DNA of 64,000 nt, taken from NCBI GenBank assembly GCA_963665765.1, contig OY762464.1, forward strand, positions 27,453 through 91,452, read 5' to 3'. The translations under genes and the position numbers were made by a program. The notes under the pieces were generated by a model. The model ran no database searches, was not told the DNA's origin, and saw nothing but the letters and a program-made list of their open reading frames with translations. Shown here in pieces: positions 9,951 to 19,186 of the stretch. The stretch's first letter is position 1. Every line of letters begins with the position of its first letter. This DNA is from Acidimicrobiia bacterium. GTDB taxonomy: Bacteria > Actinomycetota > Acidimicrobiia > Spongiisociales > ZC4RG35.

Positions 9951-10106
9951 CCCCGCCCAGGTTATCCGGCTATAGTCCCGTGCGATGACCATCCCGGACT
10001 CACCTGCTTGGACCAGGTTCGGCTACCGTGGAGAGTGATGGAATATCTGGAATACGGGACTGATGCCTCCCCGATGATTACCGCGGTAGGCAGTCGGTAG
10101 ACAATC

Positions 10107-11342
10107 ATGATGCCGGCCATTACCGAGGGAAACCGGCTCATCCGGATAGTGGTGACCATCTGGGGAATGATCGGCGCTCTGTTGCTGGCCGGGTTTTTGG
10201 TATGGATGGGCCGACAGGTGCGGATCATATGGTTGCCGTTGGTGTTCGCCGCCGGAATCGTGGTGATACTGAATCCGTTGGTCAGCCGATTGAACCGGTT
10301 GGGGATGCACCGCGTGGTGGGCGCGGCCATCGCCTACCTGCTCTCGCTGGTGGCCCTGGTAGGGATTGGTTCAGCGTTGAGTGTGCCGGTGATCCAACAG
10401 ATTGGTGAGCTGTCTGATCGGCTCCCCGATATCTACCAGGCGCTCTACGTGCAGATCGAAGGGGCGGCTGATCGTCTGGGTCTGATGATCAGTCTGCCGG
10501 AAGACACCCAACACATAACGGAGTGGTTTCGTGACAACCTGGGCGGGCTGGCCGGTGTTATCGGAGGGGGGGGTTCCGGCGGCCTCGGCAACTTCTTCTG
10601 GCATCTTCTGGGCCTGGCGGCGGAAATCCTGATTGATATCTTGCTGGCGCCGGTGTTGGCCTTTTACCTTCTGGCAGATCTCCCCCGACTACGCAGTCTG
10701 CTGCTCAGCCTCACACCCATTCGGCACCGGGAGGAAGTGATTTATCTGACCGGCGCAATCACTTCCACGGTCAGCCGGTTCGCGCGGGGCCAGCTGATGG
10801 TGGCCATGATCGTGGCAGTGCTGGGAAGTCTGGTGATGTGGTCTCTGGACCTCCCCTTCTGGCTGATCGTGGGAGTTCTGTCCGGCATTTTGAATCTGAT
10901 ACCCTTCGTTGGTCCGGTGGTAGGAGCAGTGTTGGCGTTTTTGGCTTCCCTGCTGGTAGGCGAGCCTTTTAGGGGTCTGGTGGCAGTGCTGCTCTTTGCG
11001 GCCATCCAGCAGTTCGACAACCATTTGGTCACTCCGATGGTGCAGAGAAGCCGCGTGAAACTCTCGGCTTTTACCATCGTGGTGTCTCTGGTGGTGGGGG
11101 GGTCCTTGGCGGGCTTTCTGGGAGTGTTGACCGCGGTGCCGGTGGTCGGCCTGTTCCGTCTGCTGGCTGGTCACTTCTGGCGCACCCGGGTGCTGAGAGA
11201 AGATTGGCACCAGGCCCGGGAGTCGATAGTCACCGAGATCAGACCCCCCCTGCTGCTGCGTTTTTGGAGATCCCAGAAGGAACAGTCCACCCCTCCACCC
11301 GGTGAGGAGCGGGAAAAAGAGGAAGAAGATAATCCGGCCTAG
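10107..11342 (+). CDS. AI-2E family transporter
   Basis: Multi-TM; LNLIPFVGP, IQQFDNHLVTP. Confidence 0.88.
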   Translation: MMPAITEGNRLIRIVVTIWGMIGALLLAGFLVWMGRQVRIIWLPLVFAAGIVVILNPLVSRLNRLGMHRVVGAAIAYLLSLVALVGIGSALSVPVIQQIGELSDRLPDIYQALYVQIEGAADRLGLMISLPEDTQHITEWFRDNLGGLAGVIGGGGSGGLGNFFWHLLGLAAEILIDILLAPVLAFYLLADLPRLRSLLLSLTPIRHREEVIYLTGAITSTVSRFARGQLMVAMIVAVLGSLVMWSLDLPFWLIVGVLSGILNLIPFVGPVVGAVLAFLASLLVGEPFRGLVAVLLFAAIQQFDNHLVTPMVQRSRVKLSAFTIVVSLVVGGSLAGFLGVLTAVPVVGLFRLLAGHFWRTRVLREDWHQARESIVTEIRPPLLLRFWRSQKEQSTPPPGEEREKEEEDNPA

Positions 11343-12526
11343 ATCTGATCCAGGGTTCTTTTAACGAAGATGCGATCCAGAGAAAAGGGCGAGTTCTTCA
11401 ACCGGGCAGTGATCAGGTCGGCCAGAATGCGCCCCCCGGCGGGAGAGCACATGATGCCATGCCCCGAATAGCCGGTGTTCACCCACAGTCCCGGCGCGGT
11501 CGTTTCCCCTATCAGAGGACGGTGGTCCGGTGTCATCACGTACTGGCCCGAATGCACCATCCACCGCAACTCGCCCCGCCTCCAAGCCTCCCCCCAGAAG
11601 GGACTGATCCGGGCGGCGGCCGTCGGGCTTTGGGGATCCAGCACCCCAAACACCATGCCCGAATCGGGCGGGACGTCTTCTGTCGGCTCGGTGCCGGGTC
11701 CCCGGGGAGAGGCGTCCAGCAGGTAGGCGCCGGAAAGCGCCGGGCGCCAGTGCGTTCCGGTATCGTCGTCGATGGTCATGGGAGCGTCGGGCGGCACCCG
11801 CCCAAGATCGGGAACCACCACCTTGTGACGATGCTTCACTTCCATGGGCAGTTCCACCCCCGCCCAAGAGGCCAACCTGCCCGAGAACGGACCGGCGGCA
11901 ATCACCACCTGCTCGGCCCGAATTGAACCTCGATTGGTGCCCAGGTCGAACCCTCCCGATGCCAAAGCACGGATCGACACCACCCGGCAGGAAGTGTGGA
12001 GCGGCGCCCCCGAAGCGGCCAGCAGCCCCAGCGTCAGGGCGCAGGGGTCAAGGAAGCCGTCACCCGCCCGATACCGGGCATGGACCACCTCGGGACTCAG
12101 ATAGGAAAACCTTCTCCGAGCTTCGGCGCCGGTGAGCGACTCGATGTCGGTCTGTCCCCAAGAATGCTGGAGGGCCACCAGACGCCGTTGCTCCTCGGCC
12201 CGCTTCTTCGAAGTGGTGACCCACAGGTACCCACGCGGCCGGATTCGAAGCGGTCGGGCATCCTGGCCGGTGATCTCGGCGAAGTTGAGGAACAAGTTCA
12301 CCGATTCTCTCACCAGCTCGGTTTCCTCCAGGTTGTCAAATTGCAGGCGGAAGGCGCCGGTAGAGGCGGGGGTGGTGAGAGAGGCCGGAGCGGGTCGGGA
12401 TTCCATCACCACGGGCCGAAGCCCGGCCCGGGCCGTCCAAAAGGCGGTGGAGGCGCCCACCACCCCGGCCCCGATAATTACCAACCCGGCTTGAGCCGGA
12501 AGAGGGTCGGCTGATTCGAATGCCAT
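11339..12526 (-). CDS. FAD-dependent oxidoreductase (DAO/sarcosine oxidase-like)
   Basis: IIGAGVVG, TPDHRPLIG, GYSGHGIM. Confidence 0.88.
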   Translation of the reverse strand: MAFESADPLPAQAGLVIIGAGVVGASTAFWTARAGLRPVVMESRPAPASLTTPASTGAFRLQFDNLEETELVRESVNLFLNFAEITGQDARPLRIRPRGYLWVTTSKKRAEEQRRLVALQHSWGQTDIESLTGAEARRRFSYLSPEVVHARYRAGDGFLDPCALTLGLLAASGAPLHTSCRVVSIRALASGGFDLGTNRGSIRAEQVVIAAGPFSGRLASWAGVELPMEVKHRHKVVVPDLGRVPPDAPMTIDDDTGTHWRPALSGAYLLDASPRGPGTEPTEDVPPDSGMVFGVLDPQSPTAAARISPFWGEAWRRGELRWMVHSGQYVMTPDHRPLIGETTAPGLWVNTGYSGHGIMCSPAGGRILADLITARLKNSPFSLDRIFVKRTLDQI

Positions 12527-12594
12527 CGGCACAAAAGCTACCCCGCCCGGACAAGGACACAAAGCGGACGATTGGAGGGTAGCCTTGAATCTCC

Positions 12595-13326
12595 ATGAGC
12601 CCGCCATCATCAGCCCCCACCCGGGAACTGGCCGCGCGCGACTCCTACCTGGCTGTGGCCGAGGGAACCGTCCGCGCCATCCGAGAGAACCAGGTGGTGC
12701 TCGACCGGACTCCCTTCTACGTCAGAGGGGGAGGCCAACCCGGCGACACCGGGGTCATCAGATGGCAGGGAGGAGAGACGACCGTAACCGACACCGTCCG
12801 CCGTCAAGGCCAGGTGATCCACATGGTGGCCGGACCCGAACTGCCCGACCCGGGAACACCGGTCGAATCCACCATCGACTGGGACCGCCGCTACACAATC
12901 ATGCGCACTCACACCGCTCTCCATGCCTTGTCGGGGGTGGTGTGGCGGGACTTCGGCGCCAAGGTGACCGGCGGGGACATGAAAGCGGGAACCGCCCGCA
13001 TGGACTTCGAACTGGAGGGAATCTCCCGGCAGTTCGGACGGGAGGTGGAAAGACGCCTCAACCTTGAGTTGGTGAAAGGGTATCCCGCCGAAGTGCTGTG
13101 GATGGCCCGTTCCGAAGCACTCGGGGATCCCGACCTGATCCGCACCAAGGTCAATCTGATTCCCGAGTGGGTGCAGGAGATCCGGGTGATCGACATTGTG
13201 GGACTCGACCGACAGGCTGACGGCGGGACCCATGTTCGCTCCACTCTGGAAGTAGGAGAGGTGAAGGTTGTGAAGACCGAGAGCAAGGGCAGGGCCAACA
13301 AGCGAATGCGCATCGCCCTGGTTTAG
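12595..13326 (+). CDS. alaX: Alanyl-tRNA editing protein AlaX
   Basis: GGGQPGDTG, HTALH, DGGTHV; free-standing editing domain. Confidence 0.88.
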   Translation: MSPPSSAPTRELAARDSYLAVAEGTVRAIRENQVVLDRTPFYVRGGGQPGDTGVIRWQGGETTVTDTVRRQGQVIHMVAGPELPDPGTPVESTIDWDRRYTIMRTHTALHALSGVVWRDFGAKVTGGDMKAGTARMDFELEGISRQFGREVERRLNLELVKGYPAEVLWMARSEALGDPDLIRTKVNLIPEWVQEIRVIDIVGLDRQADGGTHVRSTLEVGEVKVVKTESKGRANKRMRIALV

Positions 13327-13339
13327 GGGGACGAGGACG

Positions 13340-13918
13340 GTGTTTGATCTGTTGGTCCTTTTGGCCGGGACGCTGTTGGCGATCCGCGGCTGGCGCAGGG
13401 GACTTCTTCGTCAATTGGCCGGCTTGGTTCCGTTCCTTTTGGGTCTTCTGATGGTGGTGCGGTTCACCCCCCACTGGGCGCCGGTGGTGGGAGAGTGGTT
13501 GGGAATCCCCTATGCGGCGGCGCTCTTGCTGGTGGGCCTCGGTCTGTTCGGGACAGTGGCCATCGGAGGGGCGATGGCGCTCCACACTCTGGCCCGGGTG
13601 GCCAGGTTCCCCGGACTCAACACCGCCGACCGGACGGCGGGGGCGGTAATGGGCCTGCTGTGGCTGATACTGGGCGTCTTGGCGTTGGTCTGGTTCGCCT
13701 CGTTCCTCTCCCTTCCCGAAACCCTCACCACCGGGTTGGCCGAGTCGAGCGCAGTGGAACTTATCGCCGGGCCCGACCGCGGCCCGCGGGTCATCCTCGA
13801 TTCGCTCACCCGCGACGGCTGGTACGCCATGTTGACCCGATTGGATGAACTGTCGGGGTCGGTGGACGACCTATTACGCGCGCTGCTCAGCGAAGAGATT
13901 TCCGCGGCCCAAACCTGA
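13340..13918 (+). CDS. CvpA (colicin V production) family membrane protein
   Basis: DLLVL..GWRRGLLRQ and DRTAGAVMG patterns; 4 TM. Confidence 0.75.
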   Translation: MFDLLVLLAGTLLAIRGWRRGLLRQLAGLVPFLLGLLMVVRFTPHWAPVVGEWLGIPYAAALLLVGLGLFGTVAIGGAMALHTLARVARFPGLNTADRTAGAVMGLLWLILGVLALVWFASFLSLPETLTTGLAESSAVELIAGPDRGPRVILDSLTRDGWYAMLTRLDELSGSVDDLLRALLSEEISAAQT

Positions 13919-13927
13919 CCATCCCTG

Positions 13928-14617
13928 ATGACCGCCCTCGCCGAGACCATGCACACCGCCATGGCAGAGTTGTTTTTTGCTCATCGGGACCCGGCCCGCG
14001 CCGAGCAGATGAGCGCCTACATGAAAAACCGCTTTCCGTTTTTGGGAATCCCCTCGCCCGAACGCCGTCGCCTGATGCAGATGGCCCTTTCCGGTCTTCC
14101 GCGACCGGACGAACACGACCTGGCACACCTGGCCCGACTGTGCTGGACCAGCCCCGAACGCGAATTCCAGTACGCCGCCATCGACCAACTCCGCAAGGCC
14201 GCCAAGCGCCTCCCCGAGGAGTTCCTCCCCGAACTGCACCGGATGATCGTCACCAAGCCCTGGTGGGACTCCTGCGATGCCCTGGCGGGCACCGTGGTGG
14301 GCGGGATCGTCAGAAGATTCCCGGGTTCCACGTTGGTGATGGAGCGGTGGATCACAGACGACAACCTTTGGCTTCGCCGGGCGGCCCTGCTGTTTCAGCT
14401 CAAATGGAAAGAAGCCTGCGATCAGGAGCGCCTCTTCCGATTCTGCTTGCTCACCATGGCCGAGAAGGATTTTTTCATCCGCAAAGCGATCGGCTGGGCG
14501 CTCCGCCAGCATGCCCGGGTGGCGCCCGAGCAGGTCACCCGATTCCTGGTCGAAAACCGGGATCAACTCTCGGGGCTTTCCTTCCGCGAAGCCGCCAAGC
14601 ACCTGGACTTGAGGTGA
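13928..14617 (+). CDS. DNA alkylation repair protein (AlkD-like)
   Basis: MSAYMK..FLGI, EREFQY, WWDSCD, FFIRKAIGWALR. Confidence 0.9.
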   Translation: MTALAETMHTAMAELFFAHRDPARAEQMSAYMKNRFPFLGIPSPERRRLMQMALSGLPRPDEHDLAHLARLCWTSPEREFQYAAIDQLRKAAKRLPEEFLPELHRMIVTKPWWDSCDALAGTVVGGIVRRFPGSTLVMERWITDDNLWLRRAALLFQLKWKEACDQERLFRFCLLTMAEKDFFIRKAIGWALRQHARVAPEQVTRFLVENRDQLSGLSFREAAKHLDLR

Positions 14618-14621
14618 CCGG

Positions 14622-15212
14622 ATGTCCACCCTGGGACCGGGCGGCGCCGACTGGGAGGACATCTACGCCGGAGATGGAACCGACACCGCACCCTTTGACC
14701 ACCAACTGCTGGCCGACGCCTTGGCTCTGACCCCCGGGGCTGCCCTCGACCTGGGGTGCGGCGGGGGAGGAAACGTCATAGGACTGGCGCAGCGGGGATG
14801 GATCGCCACCGGAGTGGACTCTTCACCCAAGGCCATCCGTTCAGCTCGGATCAGCGCGGAGAACGTCCATGTCGAAGCCGGGTTTCAGACGGCCGACATC
14901 ATCACCTGGAAACCCGACGCCACCTACGACCTGGTGATCAACCTGTTCGCCCTTCCGCCCCAGGGACCCGCGCGAGCCGCCGTTCTCAACCTGGCCAAAG
15001 AGTCCTTGGCGCCGGGCGGCCTGCTGATAGTGGGGGAGTGGGAGAGCACCGATGCCCACCCGGTTGACTACGTCACTGTGGCGGAACTGACCGTGGCCCT
15101 GTCCGACCTGGAGATCATCCGCGCCGAGTCGATCAATGCCGATCCCGATTCGAACAACCCGGTACAACCGCGGTCATGGCCGGCGGTGATGGTGTCCGCC
15201 CGGCGTTCGTAG
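14622..15212 (+). CDS. Class I SAM-dependent methyltransferase
   Basis: ALDLGCGGG, GVDSS, LAPGG. Confidence 0.88.
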   Translation: MSTLGPGGADWEDIYAGDGTDTAPFDHQLLADALALTPGAALDLGCGGGGNVIGLAQRGWIATGVDSSPKAIRSARISAENVHVEAGFQTADIITWKPDATYDLVINLFALPPQGPARAAVLNLAKESLAPGGLLIVGEWESTDAHPVDYVTVAELTVALSDLEIIRAESINADPDSNNPVQPRSWPAVMVSARRS

Positions 15213-15218
15213 CCCGAT

Positions 15219-15818
15219 TTAGGGACGCGGAATGCCGCGGGGACCCCGGCCGGCCCACCAGGCGGCCACACACGCTCCCAGGAGGTTGGCGATCAGGTCT
15301 TGCATGTTGTTGGCATAGTCTCCCACTCGGGCCACCGGCACCGTCAACGTCGCCAGGTATTCACCGATCTCGATGATCGCTCCCACCGCATTGGCGCCCA
15401 GAAAAGCAACCAATGCCGCCTCGATACCGCTGATGGCGCGCAGCCTCCAACAGGTGGCTTCCCAAACCGCCAGCCCGGCCGTTCCCATGCCCACCATGTG
15501 CAAAAGATGGTCATAGCCGATGACACCCAGGTTTTGCTCGTACAGCAAGATGCCATCGAACACCAGGTGCCCTCCCGCCAAATGACAGAACCCCGAACCT
15601 GCCAGCAACACCAGCACATGAGTGGAAAAACGCACCCGGCCGTCGACATACAACAGGATGCCTCCGGCAAACAGCATCCACAACAGATATGGAAAAGCCA
15701 GCTTCGATCCCGTGCTGAACCCATAGACCGTCCAAACCGTCACATAGGCGGCCGAGATCCCGATAATCCACGGATGCCGCCTGATGCTGACGCCGACCCG
15801 GGATCTATCTGGATGCAT
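15219..15818 (-). CDS. Membrane protein (DUF2238-like)
   Basis: YDHLLH, EIGEY, NMQDLIAN; multi-TM. Confidence 0.7.
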   Translation of the reverse strand: MHPDRSRVGVSIRRHPWIIGISAAYVTVWTVYGFSTGSKLAFPYLLWMLFAGGILLYVDGRVRFSTHVLVLLAGSGFCHLAGGHLVFDGILLYEQNLGVIGYDHLLHMVGMGTAGLAVWEATCWRLRAISGIEAALVAFLGANAVGAIIEIGEYLATLTVPVARVGDYANNMQDLIANLLGACVAAWWAGRGPRGIPRP

Positions 15819-15822
15819 TGGG

Positions 15823-15895
<73 letters not shown>

Positions 15896-16127
15896 GGGGT
15901 TGACGCGTAATTCGTTGTGTTTGCCGTACAGGGTTGTTTTCTGTAGGGTAGTCGGGTGGAGAGGGGGTGTGGGGTGGCGGTTCTGGTTGGGAGGTGGGGG
16001 TGTTGGCCAGGGGATGTGCCTCTTGAGACGTGGTGTTTTACAGGGGCTGGAGTTCCCCCGGGTTTGGTGGCTGCCGAGTTAGGCTGCTTTGGCCGGTCCG
16101 GCTCTGACTCGTGGTTGGTGTTCAGGT

Positions 16128-16652
16128 CGGTGCCTTCGGCTCGTCGTGATGTCGTGTGGTACCGGGTGCGTCGCCTGTCTCGGGAGGATGTACCCCATTT
16201 GGTCCGTCTTGCCCGGATGTACGATGCCAAACCAGACGCTCCGGTGGGTTTCCTGGTCGACGCGGCCGGAACCGAGCAAATCAACGGATGGAAGCAACTA
16301 CGAGCCGAAGCGGCAGCCATCCCGGGAGTGCTCCTGGCGGCAACCGCGCGGGTTGAGGACCTGTTGGATCTCGGTGACCTATTAGGTTGCGCCACCGTCA
16401 CGGTTCGCCTCGACGAAGCAGCCGCAGAGGCGATCTTCGAGGGCCTCAAACGGCGGGAAGCGACCACCGCGGCGCATTGGCGGGAACCGTTCAATCAATC
16501 TGAGGGACTTACTCTCGAATTCACGCACCTTCTGACCCGAGGCGAACGACTGTCCAAGGTCATCGGTGAGCAAATCCGCCAGCGCGTCGCCGATGAGCGA
16601 CACGACGAGTTGGAAGTGTTGAGACTGGTGTCGGTTGCCGACAGATGGTCGG
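16128..16652 (+). pseudogene. Internal fragment of a larger protein, possibly a P-loop/STAND-like ATPase
   Basis: Protein-like open frame (VVWYRVRRL..PVGFLVDAAG..LLAATARVEDL) with no own start or natural end; fused to IS sequence on both sides; boundaries approximate. Confidence 0.45.
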
Positions 16653-16654
16653 CC

Positions 16655-16752
16655 TGCCAGTCGTAGAAACCCGAGGTGGACACTCCCAGCCGTTTGGCCA
16701 TGAACCTGACCGGAAAACCCGCCTTCTCCACCTCCATGAACTCATAGATCAT
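16655..16752 (-). pseudogene. IS3 orfB N-terminal remnant (DDE domain absent)
   Basis: MIYEFMEVEKAGFPVRFMAKRLGVSTSGFYDWQ, then similarity stops. Confidence 0.85.
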
Positions 16753-16765
16753 TTCGGGAGTACGT

Positions 16766-17038
16766 TCACTCTTGGGCGAAGAAGGCCGCGGCTCGAGAGA
16801 GCAAATCACGCTCCATTCGCAACACCCGGTTCTCCCGCCGCAGACGGGTCAACTCTTTCTTTTCTTCGGTGGACAGCCCAGCAGACCGGCCTTCGTCGAT
16901 CTCCGCCTGGACAACCCATCTCCGCAAACCGGAAACCGCAATTCCCAGCCGGCGAGCAATCGCCGCAACCGACTCATCGCTTTGGCGGACCAGATCCACG
17001 GCCCTACACCGGAACTCCTCCGGATAAGGAGCAGGCAT
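16766..17038 (-). CDS. IS3 transposase OrfA (HTH), last codons disrupted
   Basis: MPAPYPEEFR..IARRLGI..LRRENRVLRMERDLLSRAAAFFAQE; AGGAGG RBS. Confidence 0.9.
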   Translation of the reverse strand: MPAPYPEEFRCRAVDLVRQSDESVAAIARRLGIAVSGLRRWVVQAEIDEGRSAGLSTEEKKELTRLRRENRVLRMERDLLSRAAAFFAQE

Positions 17039-17241
17039 ACAAATACCTCCTATTACCAAGAGACCAAACAGCCTCTCACACGATCACAGAAAACGTGTCC
17101 GCAAAAACGGGGGAACTCCACAGGGCCATGAAATTGCTTCAGCACTCGCCTATGGAGGATCCCCTATCACATTCGACGATTCTCAAATCCCCACTCACTT
17201 GCGAAGCGCCCTCAATCCGAAACCGAAGGATACTCCGCCAC

Positions 17242-18015
17242 TTAGCTCGGCGGACTTCCATGGGCAGTCATGTGCCATTCTGCATGTAGGACACAAGACG
17301 AAAGCCGGATCTGTTTCACTGTGATCTTCGCATCGGATCGATCCAGAGACACGCGGGCTGCCGCTCGTTCACCTCGATAACTGCAATCGATGGTTGGACC
17401 ATCCGCCGCAAAGGCCGATAATGGAACTTCAGCGAGCGAATCAAAGATAGCCGTAGGGATTTCCAGCAACTGGTACTTTGTAGGAACTTTGTCCACTTCC
17501 TTCCGAAATGCCCGCAGCATGATGATGGCATCGACCGCCTCTCGGTACTGCTCAAACAACTCCAGCGTCTTTTCTCTTCGGGCCTTGGCCGACCTGACAT
17601 CTTGGATCCACGCAGCCTCGGTGAGCTTGGAAATGTGAGCACTGGAAGCTGACAGTCTCTTCTGAGCAGTTGATTTGAGGGATAGCTTACGCACCGCTGA
17701 TTCTGTTGTAACGGTGAGGTCAAGGAACCGCTCGGTGGCCGATCCTCGCTTACTCACATGCCACTCAACGGCTTCACATGCATTACGAAACGCCACCTCA
17801 AAACCGGTCAACATAAGAGGCTCGACAGTAAACCCGTGGTGCGCTGAGATCGTCAGTCCGAAATACTCAACCCACTCAGGTGAGTTCGCTATCCAGGTGG
17901 AACCCATGAAATCGGCATGTGGAGGAGATGACAGGGAGTCAACCAAACGCGCAACGAACCGCACCCCCATCGGTGAGAGTCGCTCAATGCGAGCTCTCAG
18001 GTCTCGAATCTCCAC
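17242..18015 (-). CDS. Putative type II restriction endonuclease, SmaI-like
   Basis: FGLTISAHH, DLTV..LSLKS, HISKLTE, YQLLEIP, CVLHAEW parallel R.SmaI segments as I recall them; directly downstream of an m4C MTase. Confidence 0.7.
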   Translation of the reverse strand: MEIRDLRARIERLSPMGVRFVARLVDSLSSPPHADFMGSTWIANSPEWVEYFGLTISAHHGFTVEPLMLTGFEVAFRNACEAVEWHVSKRGSATERFLDLTVTTESAVRKLSLKSTAQKRLSASSAHISKLTEAAWIQDVRSAKARREKTLELFEQYREAVDAIIMLRAFRKEVDKVPTKYQLLEIPTAIFDSLAEVPLSAFAADGPTIDCSYRGERAAARVSLDRSDAKITVKQIRLSSCVLHAEWHMTAHGSPPS

Positions 18016-18026
18016 ACAATACCCGC

Positions 18027-19007
18027 TTAAAGGACGGGTCGATCAGCAAGACGTCGCTCGATCAAATCTACATAATCCGGTTTGAGTTCTATCCCCACCC
18101 AGGGTCTTCCCAGTTCCTGGGCTGCAAGGAGCGTCGTACCCGAACCAGCGTAGGGATCCATCACCACATCCCCCGGCCGACTAGTTATCTTGATACATCT
18201 ACGCGCCAAGGTCATCGGCATCACCGCCGGATGGTCAGCGATGCCACCTGCTGATCGACGACGCGGTTCCGTGTTGATATCCCACATTGTTCGGAGCCGA
18301 CGCCCGTTTGGACCCTTCACCGCCGACACGTCGTAGTAATAGTTCTGCTGCTTCGACAATAAAAACACAGTCTCATGCGATTTCGTGGGCCGGTCTCTAA
18401 CAGATTCCGGATGTGCATTCGGCTTATACCAAATCACCTCGGATCGCACCCACCACCCTGCATCCTGAAGGGCAAGGGCCAACCTCCACGGAACGCCGAT
18501 CAAATCCTTTGGCTTGAGGCCCTGTGGGGTAGGGGGCCGAACCGGCATGGCCCGGGCCCGGTTCTTACGGTCCGGCGCCCGGTACTTACGATTACCAGAC
18601 GTATAACTGTCGCCTACATTTAACCACACCGTCCCATCATCGGCCAAGACTCTCCTAACTTGATCAAAAGCAACAACAATGCTCTTCACATACTCCCCTA
18701 ACCCATCGTTGCACCCTATCTGGTCGGGAACTTCATAGTCCCTCAACGACCAGTAAGGCGGCGACGTCACAACAGTCTGGACACTTCTCGGAGGTAGCAA
18801 CGCCAACGCCCCCTCAGCGCGGCCACACACCAACAATGACCCATCAAGGGAGTCGAGAGGCCTGTCTTCATCCGCATTCAGACGCAGATACGACCGGCAG
18901 TCAATCGCAGTCCGGCCAAGTGAATCGCCCCTCCCAAAAGCCAGCCGGGACCCGGACTCCCGTTCAGAGATTCTCATAGCAGAAACCCTAGTCTTCACCT
19001 GTGACAC
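18027..19007 (-). CDS. Site-specific DNA methyltransferase, beta class (N4-cytosine type)
   Basis: TSPPY catalytic motif precedes the DPYAGSGTT SAM-binding motif; PESVRDRP. Confidence 0.92.
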   Translation of the reverse strand: MSQVKTRVSAMRISERESGSRLAFGRGDSLGRTAIDCRSYLRLNADEDRPLDSLDGSLLVCGRAEGALALLPPRSVQTVVTSPPYWSLRDYEVPDQIGCNDGLGEYVKSIVVAFDQVRRVLADDGTVWLNVGDSYTSGNRKYRAPDRKNRARAMPVRPPTPQGLKPKDLIGVPWRLALALQDAGWWVRSEVIWYKPNAHPESVRDRPTKSHETVFLLSKQQNYYYDVSAVKGPNGRRLRTMWDINTEPRRRSAGGIADHPAVMPMTLARRCIKITSRPGDVVMDPYAGSGTTLLAAQELGRPWVGIELKPDYVDLIERRLADRPVL

Positions 19008-19186
19008 TTCGAGGTAAAGGGAACATAACTCCTAAGCATCACGTCCCGCCTTCCGCAGATTCAGTTCTCCGGCGGGCCAGAAAAACCGCTCCAATTCTGT
19101 TTGACGGAAAGCGGTGTGGAAATCCTCGCCGGCGTCGCTTTCGTTTCTTTGGTGGAAAAGGAACACCCGCTTGAGGTGGGCAAGAT

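Larger units (their letters stand above)
16048..17120 (-). mobile_element. Defective IS3-family element with internal foreign fragment
   Basis: Perfect 13-bp terminal IR TGGAGTTCCCCCG at 16048-16060 and 17108-17120 (TG..CA ends); contains orfA and the 5' part of orfB. Confidence 0.75.

Noticed and set aside
15956-16127. N-terminal part of ORF 15956-16666 as a real gene start
   Set aside because: Runs through the skewed tract and the IS terminal repeat; chance open frame
16041-17127. CAGGGGC / CAGGGCC flanking the IS3 ends as a target-site duplication
   Set aside because: Imperfect and longer than the 3-5 bp typical of IS3; the immediately adjacent 3-mers do not match
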